64,000 bases of DNA. Source: Raja brachyura (Eukaryota). Position 1 is the first letter of the stretch; each line of letters opens with the position of its first letter. Where the stretch lies: contig OY740810.1 of the NCBI GenBank assembly GCA_963514005.1, positions 496,001 through 560,000 on the forward strand, given 5' to 3'. Below the pieces are notes generated by a model. The model did not search any database, was not told where the DNA came from, and was given only the letters and a program-made list of their open reading frames with translations. Position numbers and translations under genes: made by a program. Positions 10,771 through 22,510 of the stretch are shown piece after piece.

Positions 10771-11480
10771 GGAAGTGGCGGCGCTGCTCGGCAGCTGCGG
10801 CTCACCTGCAGTCCGTCTTTTTTTTTTATTTTTTGTCTTCGTGCATGTTTTTAGGGATTATTTTTGGTTTATTAGGTTGTGTATGTGTGTTTGGGGGGGG
10901 GGGGGGGTGGGAGAAACGGGGTTTTAGTCTCTCCCTTCGGGGGGATGCGACTTTTCTTGTCGTGTCCCCCGTCACCGTCTCCGTCTGTGCTGAGGCCCTA
11001 ATGGCGGAGCTGGCGGCCTTCCAGCTTCCAGCAGCGGCGGCACGGCTTCGGAGCTTCAGCGGCAACCTGGCTTCGGAGCTGCGGTGCTCCAGTGATGGCC
11101 TGGCTTCGGGGATACGGTGCTCCATTGGCGTTCCGGCCGCTCCAGCGTTCCAGCGGCGGGCCCTGTGGCGGTGTTCCGGCATTCCGGCGACAGCGGTGGT
11201 GGCGGCCCGGTTTCGGAGGCTCGGCCGCTGGCCTGGTGGACGGCAACATCGGAGGCCTGGATCTCCTCAGCGCAGAGGGAGAATAAGGAGGGAAGAAGAC
11301 AGAGACTCTAAGACTTTTGCCTTCCACAACAGTGAGGAGGTGTTTGGTGAACTCACTGTGGTGGATGTTAAACTTGTGTTTATTGTGTGGTTCTGTTATT
11401 TTTTATATATGTATGACTGCTGGCACGAAATTTCGTTCAGACCGAAAGGTCTGAATGACAATAAAGGCAATTCAATTACA
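10771..11480 (+). mobile_element. GC/CpG-rich non-coding retroposon with a Rex1/L2-type tail
   Basis: Ends aatgacaataaaggcaattcaatt; the LINE at 50590 ends aatgacaataaag(attga)n; internal block ttgccttccacaacagtgagg...cactgtggtggatg shared with the reverse complement of ~27660-27710. Confidence 0.6.
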
Positions 11481-11759
11481 CTGCAAAACTGTCTAACTTT
11501 CTCTTAAATCTCATATGGGGCATCATGTGGTTGTGAAGCATGGCGTGCTAACTGCGTTGAGCGTTTGCCCACTCTGTTTTATTGTATCCCGGTGTCATGG
11601 TCTTGTTTTGAATCGACCCTTGAATGTGTTTTCCACTGGGGTAGCATGGGAAATGCCTCAACGCCTCTCCCGGGATACGCTGAGAAGTTTGTTGTCCTTC
11701 AATAGCGATTGTTTACTTTAGTGCCATGCAGTCACAGAGATTTTAAAGATTCAACAGCA

Positions 11760-11898
11760 TTATTATCTAAATGGCGTCGTTGGGAAACGGGGAAGTACAA
11801 CGGGATCTGGGAGTCCTTGTTCATCAGTCTATGAAAGTAAGCATGCAGGTACAGCAGGCAGTGAAGAAAGCGAATGGCATGTTGGCCTTTATAACAAG
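11760..11898 (+). mobile_element. Short internal CR1 ORF2 fragment
   Basis: LGNGEVQRDLGVLVHQSMKVSMQVQQAVKKANGMLAFITR, near-identical to ORF 13266-13916. Confidence 0.85.
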
Positions 11899-13174
11899 GT
11901 GGGGGACCAGCATTCTGGCCAGCAGGTTTGCCACTGCGACACAGTTGGTTTAAAACTAAATAAAGGGGGGGGGCGGTGTCAAATGAGACAGTCGACAATG
12001 GAGTTAAAGGGACAGTTAATGGCCCCAGAATTAATGGGAAACAAAGCTCACAAAGGGACAGGAGAGTATGGCCAAGTGTAATGGGGATCAAAGTGAATGG
12101 TGAGATGCGTAAGGAATTAAAAGTATTGTATTTGAATGCGCAAAGTATAAGAAGTAAAGTAGATGAGCTTGAGGCTCAGATAGAGGTTGGTAGATATGAC
12201 GTTGTGGGGATTACTGAGACGTGGCTGCAGGAGGATCGGGCCTGGGAACTTAATATTCAGGGTTATACATCCTATAGAGAGGACAGGCAGGTGGGCAGAG
12301 GAGGGGGGGGGGGGGTTGCTCTGCTGGTGAGGGATGGAATTCAGTCCCTTGCGAGGGAAGACATACGGACTGACAAGGTAGAGTAACTGTGGATTGAGTT
12401 AAGGAATTGCAAAGGCAATTGGTGTTAGCTACAGACCCCCAAATATTAGCCCGGATATAGGGTGTAAGTTGCAGCAAGAGTTAAAACTGACATGTAACAA
12501 AGGTAATGCCACTGTGGTGATGGGGGATTTCAGTATGCAGGTAAACTGGGAAAATCAGGTTTGTTCAGGACTCCAAGAAAGGGAGTTTGTAGAATGCCTC
12601 TGAGATGGATTCTTAGAGCAGCTTATAATGGTGCCGACCAGAGAAAAGGCAATTCTGGATTTAGTGTTGTTTAATGAACCAGATTTGATAAGAGAACTCG
12701 AGGTAAAGGAACCGCTTGGAGGTGGTGATGATTTGTTTTAATCTGCAATTTATGAAGGAGAAGGTTTAATCGGAAGTGTCAGTGATGCAGTTGAACAAAG
12801 AGGACTATGAAGGCATGAGAGAGGAGCTGGTCAACGTTGACTGGAAAGGGATCCTAGCAGGAATGATGGTGGAACAGCAATGGCAGAAATTTCTGGACAT
12901 AATCCAGAAGACGCAGGATCGTTTCATTCCAAAAAGGAAGAAAGATTCTAAGGGGAGTAGAAGGCAACTATATAACACAAAAGAGTAGCCTGAAGCCAGA
13001 GGATTGGGAAACTTTCATAGGACAACACAAGGAAACAAAACGGGCAATACGGGCTGAAAAGATGAAGTATGAGGGGAAGCTGGCCAGGAACGTAAAGGAC
13101 AGTAAAAGCTTTTTTAGATATGTTAAGAGAAAATGAATAGCAAAGTCAAATGTAGTTCCCTTGAAGGCAGACAC
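11899..13174 (+). mobile_element. CR1 LINE host copy, part 1: end of ORF1 and APE endonuclease region
   Basis: GTSILASRFATA (SGNH-esterase-like ORF1 end), LYLNAQSIRSKVDELE..VGITETWL..GGGVALLV; colinear with the 41641-42534 copy; breaks after ttgaaggcagacac. Confidence 0.9.
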
Positions 13175-16100
13175 AATAGACAATAGACAATAGGTGCAGG
13201 AGTAGGCCAGTCGGCCCTTCGAGCCAGCACCGCCATTCAATGTGATCATGGCTGATCATCCCCAATCAGTACCCCGTTCCTGCCTTCTCCCCATATCCCC
13301 TAACTCCGCTATTTTTAAGAGCCCTATCTAGCTCTCTCTTGAAAGTATCCAGAGAACCTGCCTCTACCGCCCTCTGAGGCAGAGAATTCCACAGACTCAC
13401 CACTCTCTGTGAGAAAAAGTGTTTCCTCGTCTCCGTTCTAAATGGCTTACTCCTTATTCTTAAACTGTGGCCCCTGGTTCTGGTCTCCCCCAACATCGGG
13501 AACATGTTTCCTGCCTCTAGCATGTCCAAGCCCTTAACAATCTTATATGTTTCAATGAGATCTCCTCTCATCCTTCTAAAATCCAGAGTGTACAAGCCCA
13601 GCTGCTCCATTTTCTCAGCATATGACAGTCCTGCCATCCTGGGAATTAACCTTGTAAACCTACGCTGCACTCCCTCAATAGCAAGAATGTCCTTCCTCAA
13701 ATTAGGGGACCAAAACTGCACACAATATTCCATGTGTGGTCTCACTAGCGCTCTGTACAACTGCAGAAGGACCTCTTTGCTCCTATATTCGATTCCTCTT
13801 GTTATAAAGGCCAACATGCCATTTGCTTTCTTCACTGCCTGCTGTACCTGCATGCTTACTTTCATAGACTGATGTACAAGGACCCCCAGATCCAATTGTA
13901 CTTCCACTTTTCCCAACTTGACACCATTTAGATAGTAATCTGCCTTCCTGTTTTGCTACCAAAGTGGATAACCTCACATTTATCCGCATTAAACGTCATC
14001 TGCCATGCATCTGCCCACTCCCCCAACCTGTCCAAGTCACCCTGCATTCTCATAGCATCCTCCTCACAGTTCACACTGCCACGCAGCTTTGTGTCATCTG
14101 CAAATTTGCTAATGTTACTTTGAATCCCTTCATCCAAATCATTGATGTATATTGTAAATAGCTGCGGTCCCAGCACCGAGCCTTGCGGTACCCCACTAGT
14201 CACTGCCTGCCATTCTGAAAGGGACACGTTAATCCCTACTCTTTGTTTCCTGTCTGCCAACCACTTCTCTATCCATGTCAGCACTGTACCTCCGATACCA
14301 TGTGCCCTAATTTTGCCCACTAATCTCCTATGTGGGACCTTATCAAATGCTTTCTGAAAGTCCAGGTACACTACATCCACTGGCTCTCCCTTGTCCATTT
14401 TCCTAGTTGCATCTCAAATAATTCCAGAAGATTAGTCAAGCATGATTTCCCCTTCGTAAATCCATGCTGACTCGGACCGATCCTGTTACTGCTATCCAAA
14501 TGTTCGGCTATCTCATCTTTTATAATTGACTCCAGCATCTTCCCCACCACCGATGTCAGGCTAACTGGTCTATAATTACCTGTTTTCTCCCTCCTGCCTT
14601 TGTTAAAAAGTGGGATAACATTAGCTACCCTCCAATCCACAGGAACTGATCCTGACTCTATAGAACATTGGAAAATTATCACTAATGCACCCACGATTTC
14701 TAGAGCCACTTCCTTAAGTACCCTGGGATGCAGACCACCAGGCCCTGGGGATTTATCAGCCTTCAGTCCCATCAGTCTATGCAACACCATTTCCTGCATA
14801 ATGTGGATTTCCTTCAGTTCCTCTGTCACCCCAGATCCTCTGGCCACTACTATATCAGGAAGATGGTTTATGTTCTCCTTAGTGAAGACAGATCCAAAGT
14901 ACCTGTTCAACTCATCTGCCATTTCCTTCTTCCCTATAATAAATTCACCTTTTTTGGTCTTCAAGGGTGCAACTTTGGTCTTAACTAATTTTTTCCTCTT
15001 CACATACCTAAAGAAGCTTTTACTATCCTGCTTTATATTCTTGGCTAGTTTACCTTTGTACCTCATCCTTTCTCCCCGTATTGTCTTTTTGGTTATCTTC
15101 TGTTGTTCTTTAAATATTACCCAATCCTCTTGCTTCCCACTCATCTTTGCTACGTTGTACTTCTTCGCTTTAATTTTTAACCTGTCCCTGACGTCCCTTG
15201 TCAGCCATGGTTGTCCCTTTCTCCCCTTGGAATCTTTCTTCCTCCTATGAATGAACTGATCCTGCACCTTCTGTATTATTCCTAGAAATACCTGCCATTG
15301 TTGTTCCACTGTCATCCCTGCTAGTGTATCTTTCCAGTCAACTTTGGCCAGCTCCTCCCTCAAGGCCCCATAATCCCCTTTATTCAACTGCAACACTGAC
15401 ACCTCCGATGTAGTCATCTCCCGCTCCAATTGTAGATTAAACCTGACCATGTTATGGTCACTGCCTCCTATTGGCTCATTAACCTCGAGGTCCTTTATCA
15501 AATCCGGTTCATTACATAACACTAAATCCAGAATTGCCTTCTCCCTGGTAGGCTCCAATACAAGCTGTTCAAATAATCCATCACAAAGGCACTCTACAAA
15601 GTGCCTTTCTTGCTCATGATTTTCCCAGTCTACCTGCATGTTGAAATCTCCCATAACAACCACAACATTACTTTTACTACATGACAATTTGAACTCCTGA
15701 TTCAACTTGCGCCCTATGTCCAGGCTACTGTTTGGGGGTCTGTAGTTAAGTCCCATTAGGGTATTTTTACCCTTACAATTCCTTAGTTCTATCCATACTG
15801 ACTCCACATCTCCTGCTTCAATGTCATCCCTTGCAAGAGACTGAATTTAATTCCTCACCAACAGGGCAACCCCACCCCCTCTGCCCACCTGTCTGTCTTT
15901 TTGATAGGAGGTATACCCTTGAATATTCAGTTCCCAGCCCTGACCCTCTTGCAGCCAAGTCTCAGTAATTCCCACAACACCATACTTGCCAGTTTCTAAC
16001 TGAGTCTCAAGCTCGTCCACTTTATTGCTTATACTTTGCGCATTCATACACAGCAATTTCACTCTGTATTCACTTCCCCCCTCGAACTGCTCGCAATTGG

Positions 16101-16255
16101 CCCTGACCTTACTCTGTTGTCCATTCCCATTAATTCGAGAATAGTTTGTAATTTTTGCTGTAGCCACTTTCCCTTCAACTCCATCTTTATACACCCAATT
16201 TGTCAATCCCTCCCCCCCACTATTTTGTTTAAACCCACACATGTAGCCCTAGCAA
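13175..16255 (-). mobile_element. CR1 LINE, near-complete ORF2 (APE+RT) with frameshifts, nested antiparallel in another CR1
   Basis: ORFs 15847-16242, 14371-15807, 13928-14398 (YLDFQKAFD, GVPQGSVLGP, FADD), 13266-13916; (CTATTGT)n tail at 13175-13192. Confidence 0.95.
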
Positions 16256-17828
16256 ACGAGTGAAATTATTATGGGGAACAATGAGGCGAGAAATAGTATT
16301 GGGTAGGCTAATGGGACTGAAGGATGATAAATCTCCTGGGCCTGATGGTCTGCATCCCAGGGCCCTCAGGGTGGAGGCTCTAGAAATAGTGGACGCATTG
16401 GTGATCATTTTCCAATGTTCAATAGATTCAGGATCAGTTCCTGTGGATTGGAGGATAGCTAATACTATCCCACTTTTCAAGAAAGGAGTGAGAGAGAAAA
16501 AGGGGAATTACAGACCAGTTAGCCTGGCTTCGGTGGTGGGAAAGATGCTGGAGTCAATTATTAAAGAGGTAATAATGGGGCATTTGGATAGCAGTAAAAG
16601 GATTAGTCCAAGTCAACATGGATTTATGAAAGGGAAATCATGCTTGACTAATCTTCTGGAATTGATTGAGGATGTGACAAGTAAAATGGATGAAGAGGTT
16701 CCAGTGGATGTGGTGTATCTGGACTTTCAGAAAGCCTTTGATAAGGTCCCGCATGGGAGACTGGTGACTAAAATTAGAGCACATGGTATTGGGGGTAGGG
16801 TGTTGACATGGATAGAAAATTGGTTGGCAGACAGGAAGCAAAGAGTAGGAATGAAAGCGTCCTTTTCAGAATGACAGGCAGTGGCGAGTGGAGTGCCGCG
16901 AGGCTCAGTGTTGGGGCCGCAACTGTTTACCATATATATTAATGATTTGTAAGAGGGAATTAGGAGCAACACTAGCAAGTTTGCAGATGACACAAAGCTG
17001 GGTGGCAGTGTGAACTGTGAAGAGGATGTTAGGAGGTTGCAGGGGGACCTGGACAGGTTGCGTGAGTTGGTAGATGCGTGGCAGATGCAGTATAATATAG
17101 ATAAATGTGAGGTTATCCAGTTTTGTGGCAAAAACAAGGGGGCAGATTATTATCTCAATGGGGTTAAGTTAGGTAAGGGGGAGGTGCAGCGAGACCTGGG
17201 TGTCCTTGTACGCCGGTCACTGAAAGTTGGCGTGCAGGTACAGCAGGCAGTGAAGAAAGCTAATGGAATGTTGGCCTTCATAACAAGAGGATTTCAGTAC
17301 AGGAGTAAAGAGATTCTTCCTCAGTTGTATAGGGCTCTGGTAAGACCACTTCTGGAGTATTGTGTACAGTTTTGTTCTCCTAATTTGAGGAAGGACATCC
17401 TTGTGATTGAGGAAGTGCAGCGTAGGTTCACGAGATTGATCCCTGGGATGGCGGGACTGTTATATGCAGAAAGATTGAAAAGACTAGGCTTGTATTCACT
17501 GGAGTTTAGAAGGATGAGGGGGGATCTTATAGAAACATATAAAATTATAAATGGACTGGACAGGCTAGATGCAGGAAAAATGTTCCCAATGTTGGGGGAG
17601 TCCAGAACCAGGGGCCACAGTCTTAGAATAAAGGGGAGGCCATTTAGGACTGAGGTGAGAAAAAACGTTTTCACCCAGGGAGTTGTGGATTTGTGGAATT
17701 TTCTGCCACAGAGGGCAGTGGAGGCCAAATCACTGGATGGATTTAAGAGAGAGTTAGATAGAGCTCTAGGGGCTAGTGGAGTCAATAGATATGGGGAGAA
17801 GGCAGGCACGGGTTATTGATTGGGGACG
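16256..17828 (+). mobile_element. CR1 LINE host copy, part 2: RT and C-terminus
   Basis: Resumes acgagtgaaattattatggg (cf. 42532 acgggtgaaattattatggg); ORFs 16260-16874 and 17010-17819; in-frame stops. Confidence 0.95.
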
Positions 17829-18223
17829 TCTTCTTCTGTTGTGTGTCTTTTAGACTTGCAGCTCCGTTGAGGCGAGCCAGGCCAACGTGTCATCGTCAAT
17901 CAGACCTCGTTCACCATTCGGTGGCTGGTGTTTCGGGCCACTGGTGACTATGTGCTCTACACTCCCCACACTCGCAGGAGGCGCTCGCTGTCCACGAGGC
18001 CCCACCTCTTTATCGCTACTCCATAGCGTCCAATGCCTGTCCTCAAGCGGTTGAGCATTGTCCACTGCTTTCGGGGCAGGTCCTGGCCAGAGACGTCCAT
18101 GGGGTCATTGATGTACTGGTGTCGCCTAGATGGTTCTGCTGACTTCCACTGGTCTCTCCATCTCATCTTGACCCAGGCAGCCTTAGAAGCGCTAGCCGGT
18201 GCTGTGCAGAGCAGCTCCTGGGC
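17829..18223 (-). mobile_element. 3' fragment of a non-CR1 LINE (Vingi/Ingi-like or RTE-X-like) inside the CR1 3' UTR
   Basis: GQDLPRKQWTMLNRLRTGIGR..KRWGL then a degenerate CECG..HIV zinc knuckle; (GAA)n tail at 17829-17837; splits the CR1 sequence ggggacg|atcagcc. Confidence 0.7.
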
Positions 18224-18305
18224 GATCAGCCATGATCACAATGAATGGCAGTACTGGTTCGAAGGGCCAAATGGCCTCCTCCTGCACCTATTTTCTATGT
18301 TTCTA
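18224..18305 (+). mobile_element. CR1 host copy, part 3: 3' UTR and tail
   Basis: gatcagccatgatcac...cctgcacctattttctatgtttcta. Confidence 0.9.
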
Positions 18306-18714
18306 AGAGGAGTCAAGCATAGGAGCAAAGAGTTCCTTCTGCAATTGTACAGAACCCTTGTGAGACCACACCTGGAGTATTGTGTGCAGTTTTGGTCCCT
18401 AATTCGATGAAGGACATTCTTGCTAATGAGGGAGTGCAGCGTAGGTTTACAAGGTTAATTCCCGGGATGGTGGGACTGTCATATGCTGAGAGAATGGAGC
18501 AGCTGGGCTTGTACACTTTGGAGTTTAGAAAGATGAGAGGGGATCTTATTGAAACATATATAAGATTGTTAAGTGTTTGGACATGCTAGAGGCAGGAAAC
18601 ATGTTGGGGGAGTCCAGAACTAGGGGCCACAATTTAATAATAAGGGGAAAGCCATTTACCGAATGAGGGGTTAGCCGAATGGCCTACTCCTGCACCTATT
18701 GTCTATTGTCTATT
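18306..18714 (+). mobile_element. CR1 3' fragment with internal deletions
   Basis: RSKEFLLQLYRTLVRPHLEYCVQFWS; (CTATTGT)n tail at ~18696-18714. Confidence 0.9.
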
Positions 18715-18991
18715 ATATGGCAACTAACTTGTGTCCAAACCGGTTCAGCGAGTAATCCCCTTCAAAAAGGGTGTTAGGGAGCTGGTTGGTGCAACAGTGC
18801 CATTGGTATTTTTCTTATATCTGATTTGACAGATTTATTGCAGACAGCTTGATAAATTGCTGCGTTGGAACCAGTGCAATATCACAATGCCATTTAGAAA
18901 GCTGTAATGTGTCCTCCTGGTGTTTTTCCCAACATCGTTGTCCCTGACTAACAAACCCCTGGAGATTGTTGCTCGTTGTCTTACAGCTGCA

Positions 18992-19196
18992 AGGGGGCAG
19001 GGAGGGGGATATTGAGGGGGAGGGGTACGAGAGGGAGGGGTGGGTGTACTGGGATGGAGATGGTACGAGGTGGGGGGAGGGAGGGGGTACAAAGGGAGGG
19101 GAGGGATATTGGGGGAAGAGTGAGTATGAGGGGGAAGGGAGCGGTATGAGGTGGGGAGGGCAATATTGCGGGTTGGGGAGGGGGGGGGGGGTGGGT
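18992..19196 (+). repeat. G-rich purine low-complexity tract
   Basis: More than 15 runs of 3 or more G in about 200 bp. Confidence 0.85.
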
Positions 19197-20004
19197 ATTG
19201 ACTGATCTCTCTTTCCCAGTTTGCTTAGCTACTGCAGCAGTTTTTTTTCTGCTCTAGATTTTACAGCATCTGCAATCCCTTGTTTCCCAAAATAAATGAT
19301 TAGATTCTGATGTAAGGCCAGTGACTGGAAGCTGCCAGTGACAGTAACTCTTTCCATTTCCCACTGACGTTACCTGACCACTGTGTATATTTGGCATTTA
19401 ATTGAGTATAAAATATTTTGGGGAATCCTGATCCTTGGTAATTATGTAAAACTAACTTCTGTCTCTTACACATTTCACACTCTTAGAAACTATTACAGGG
19501 TCTTCACTAATATAGAATCCAGATGCATAATTGCTTTTACCTTGATAATCCCCAAGCTGGAACAGCATTGTTTACAGAGATGAAACTGTAAGTTATACCC
19601 TGCTGGAGAGAGGCCCATTTGAAACATATATTTGCATATTTTAATATATACTCATTCGTAATGCTCTTGGCCGTCCAATGCCATACTGTTGCTGCACTGA
19701 GCAGTATTTTATCAACAGGAATTAGGCAATTTGCAGGAACCCCACATAAATATTTGGAGCCAATTTTCAGCTCAAATGCTCATACATAATCCTCGGTTAT
19801 CTCACCGAGAGCTAATTGCACTTTCCACAGCTTGAGCTGCTGAGAGGTCCAGCCTTTACAATCTTGTTTTCGAAAGCTGGCCTCTCTGTTTTGCTCTGCT
19901 GCACCTGGATCATAATTTCAGAAGGAAATGAACTGACACTTGACTAATCAGGATTTCTCCTTTTCCAAATGATTCACAGTTCCAACAACTCAGCTAAATC
20001 TTGA

Positions 20005-20790
20005 CACTGTTGCTGTCTGTGTGTAATTTACACTTTCAACCCATGACCATCTGAGGTTCCTCTGGGTTTCCTCCCACAAAGGAAAGTTACGTGGTTAAAG
20101 GGCCTGTCCCACCAGCATGCAACTCTATGCAATTAGCGCGACCTAACGTGGTCGCTTGAACCGTCCGGCGTCGCGGGGCCGGTCCCACTTCGATCGCCGG
20201 AGCCGTGCGGAATTGTGCGGAGTTCTCCTGAGTTCGTCCCGACACAGCGCGGGGCTCCGAAAAACCGACTATGTCCAAAAATTCCGCACGGCAACGGCTT
20301 GTCGGCTCGCAGTCGCCTCGACATTTACACACCGCCCGGACATCGTGCCTCCGTGACCCTCTCTGTAGGTGCCTCCGTGACCCTCTATGTGTGTGGCTCC
20401 GTGCCTCCGTGACCCTCTCTGTGTGCCCCTCTCCGTCCTGGCGAACCTACCTTGGACTTGCTCCAAGTTCGCCTCACTTTGCGCCACGTTGTGCCACTCA
20501 CCCGACCTCCACGCGGCCCTCGCTGCCGGTTTGGTTGCGCTTGCCGCATGCAGGCGCATGCTGGTGGGAACAGCCCTGTACAGGGGATCACCCGACCTCC
20601 GCGCGGCCCCCGCTGCCGGTTTGATCGCGTTCATCGCATAGAGTTGCATGCTGGTGGGACAGGCCCTTTAGTAAGTTAATCGGTAAACACTGTAAAAGTG
20701 TGGCGAATAGAATGGGATTCATGTAACAGGCTGCTTAATGATCGGTGTGGACTCTGTGGGTCGAAGGGCATTTTCTATGCTGTATAAATA
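20005..20790 (+). mobile_element. Degenerate V-SINE/HE1-like SINE split by a MITE
   Basis: tgctgtctgtgtgtaattt...gggtttcctcccaca before, and gtaagttaatcgg...gggtcgaagggc after, the TIR element; matches SINE 48340-48610. Confidence 0.65.
20098..20668. mobile_element. Non-autonomous DNA transposon (MITE) with 33-bp perfect TIRs
   Basis: aagggcctgtcccaccagcatgcaactctatgc (20098-20130) = reverse complement of 20636-20668; flanked by TA on both sides (alternatively TTAA/TTAG); no transposase ORF. Confidence 0.9.
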
Positions 20791-22274
20791 CTCATGCTCT
20801 ATTACTCTCAAAATGAAATGTACAAAGTGAAGTCAAAGTAGATTCAAGTTGCACCAAAATAACCAAATTATAGACTTTCTAAAGAATAGCAATTGATTTT
20901 ACATTTCCACTGCAATTGAACATAGCAGCCCATAGAACTGTAAACAGTGTTGATCTGAAGCTTCTGGTTTAAAACAGAGCAGATATGCTTATTGCAGGTA
21001 TAATGTCGAAAACCAGTGAGCTGGGTTTCTGTAAACAAGTCTACTATTGCACCATAAACACCAATTCTCCACCGTTGCCCAGCGCCACGTGGTCCGAGTT
21101 TCCGCAAGGGACCGTAAGTTCTTATCTCAGGAATTGTACCTTTTTACCATGGCTCCGTTCTCCAGCCATGTTGTCCACACCTCTATCACAGACCACACTA
21201 CCAACATTGAGCACGGCTTGTTTGCAGAAACGAACTGCTTGTCTACTATCTTACTCTCTTATATTTAGTATGATTGTGCCGAATATGTAGCAGGATTGCC
21301 ACTGAACTATGAAAAAAATAATTTCACTAAAACTTAGGTAGACGTGACAATAACATATAATTAAACCCACTATTAGCGGCCATAATTCGTGAATGACCTT
21401 AACTTACTACTCATGACCCGAGCTGCTACAAGACATGTCATTGTCCCCAGCTCTCTATATGACTGAATTCCTGCTGATGACATAACAACATCTAAAATAC
21501 TTCTGTACATGTACACCGATGGGAAAGGTTTGGAGGGATATGAGCCAAACATAGGCAGATGGGACTAGATGGGACAAGTTGGGTTGAAGGGCCGGTTTCC
21601 ACACAGTGTGAATATGATGGCTCTAACTCACTCAACTAAGTTGACTTCCATTCAATAACGTTACCTTCTGTCTGTAATCCTGACTCTACATCAGAGACTC
21701 CACTTTGGCTTTCCAACGATTTATTCTGTGGTTTGAGGAAAGATATTTTGATTGTTGCTAATATTTCTATTTATACATATTTCTCTTTTGTCTGAATGTC
21801 AATGACACACATTGGGCAGCAGTTCCTGAGATATTCCCTCCCTGTATTCCCAAATACCTTCCAATGTAACTCTGGCAAATTAATTTAACAATGAGGAGCA
21901 ATTGACCTCGGCTGATACTGCTCTGCTCCGGCAGTCAAGAGGAGTCATTGCATCACGACACAAGCAAGAGTGATTAGAAATTGACCCGTCACTAACTGGA
22001 GCCTCGGCAACCCTGACTGGACTGGGATAAGTCAACCAATCAGAGATAATGCAAAACACCCAACTTCAGCCACAGCTTTTCAAAGGAGTAAACAGAAACT
22101 TTTCAGTTTTCAGACCAATTTACTCAGAAAAAAGATAACTTAATAATTTATGATTTTATAATAGATTTCTTGTTAAATAAATATTGCTGGATTTTTTTGA
22201 CTAAGACAAAAAGGAATGAGGCCAGAAAAAAAATCACCCCCAGAGATAGAGTTTGGATTGAACTGGGCCCAGGT

Positions 22275-22510
22275 TCATAGAATCATAGAGTCACAGCATG
22301 AAAACAGACCCTTCAGTCCATCTTGCCCATGCCACCAAGGTGCCCCATCTAAGCTAGTCCCATTTGCCTGCATTTGGCCACATCCCTCAGAACCTTTATA
22401 ATCCATATCCGTGTCCAAGTATCTTTTTAACATTGTTATAGTGTCTGCTTCAACCACCTCCATTTACCCACCTTCCTCTGTGAAAAAGTTGCTCCTTTTG
22501 TTCCTATTAA
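22275..22510 (-). mobile_element. Older CR1 3' end
   Basis: catagaatcatagagtcacagcatgaaaacagacccttcagtcc tail; EVVEADTITMLKRYLD in ORF 22275-22463. Confidence 0.75.

Noticed and set aside
10662-11507. 281-aa ORF as a host gene
   Set aside because: Runs across a pLTR fragment, poly-T/poly-G tracts and a GC-rich repeat; no recognisable domain.
13504-17809. Antisense ORFs over CR1 (e.g. 14600-15250, 17321-17809; likewise 30221-30739, 43129-43539)
   Set aside because: Shadow frames opposite LINE ORF2, recurring only because the LINE recurs.
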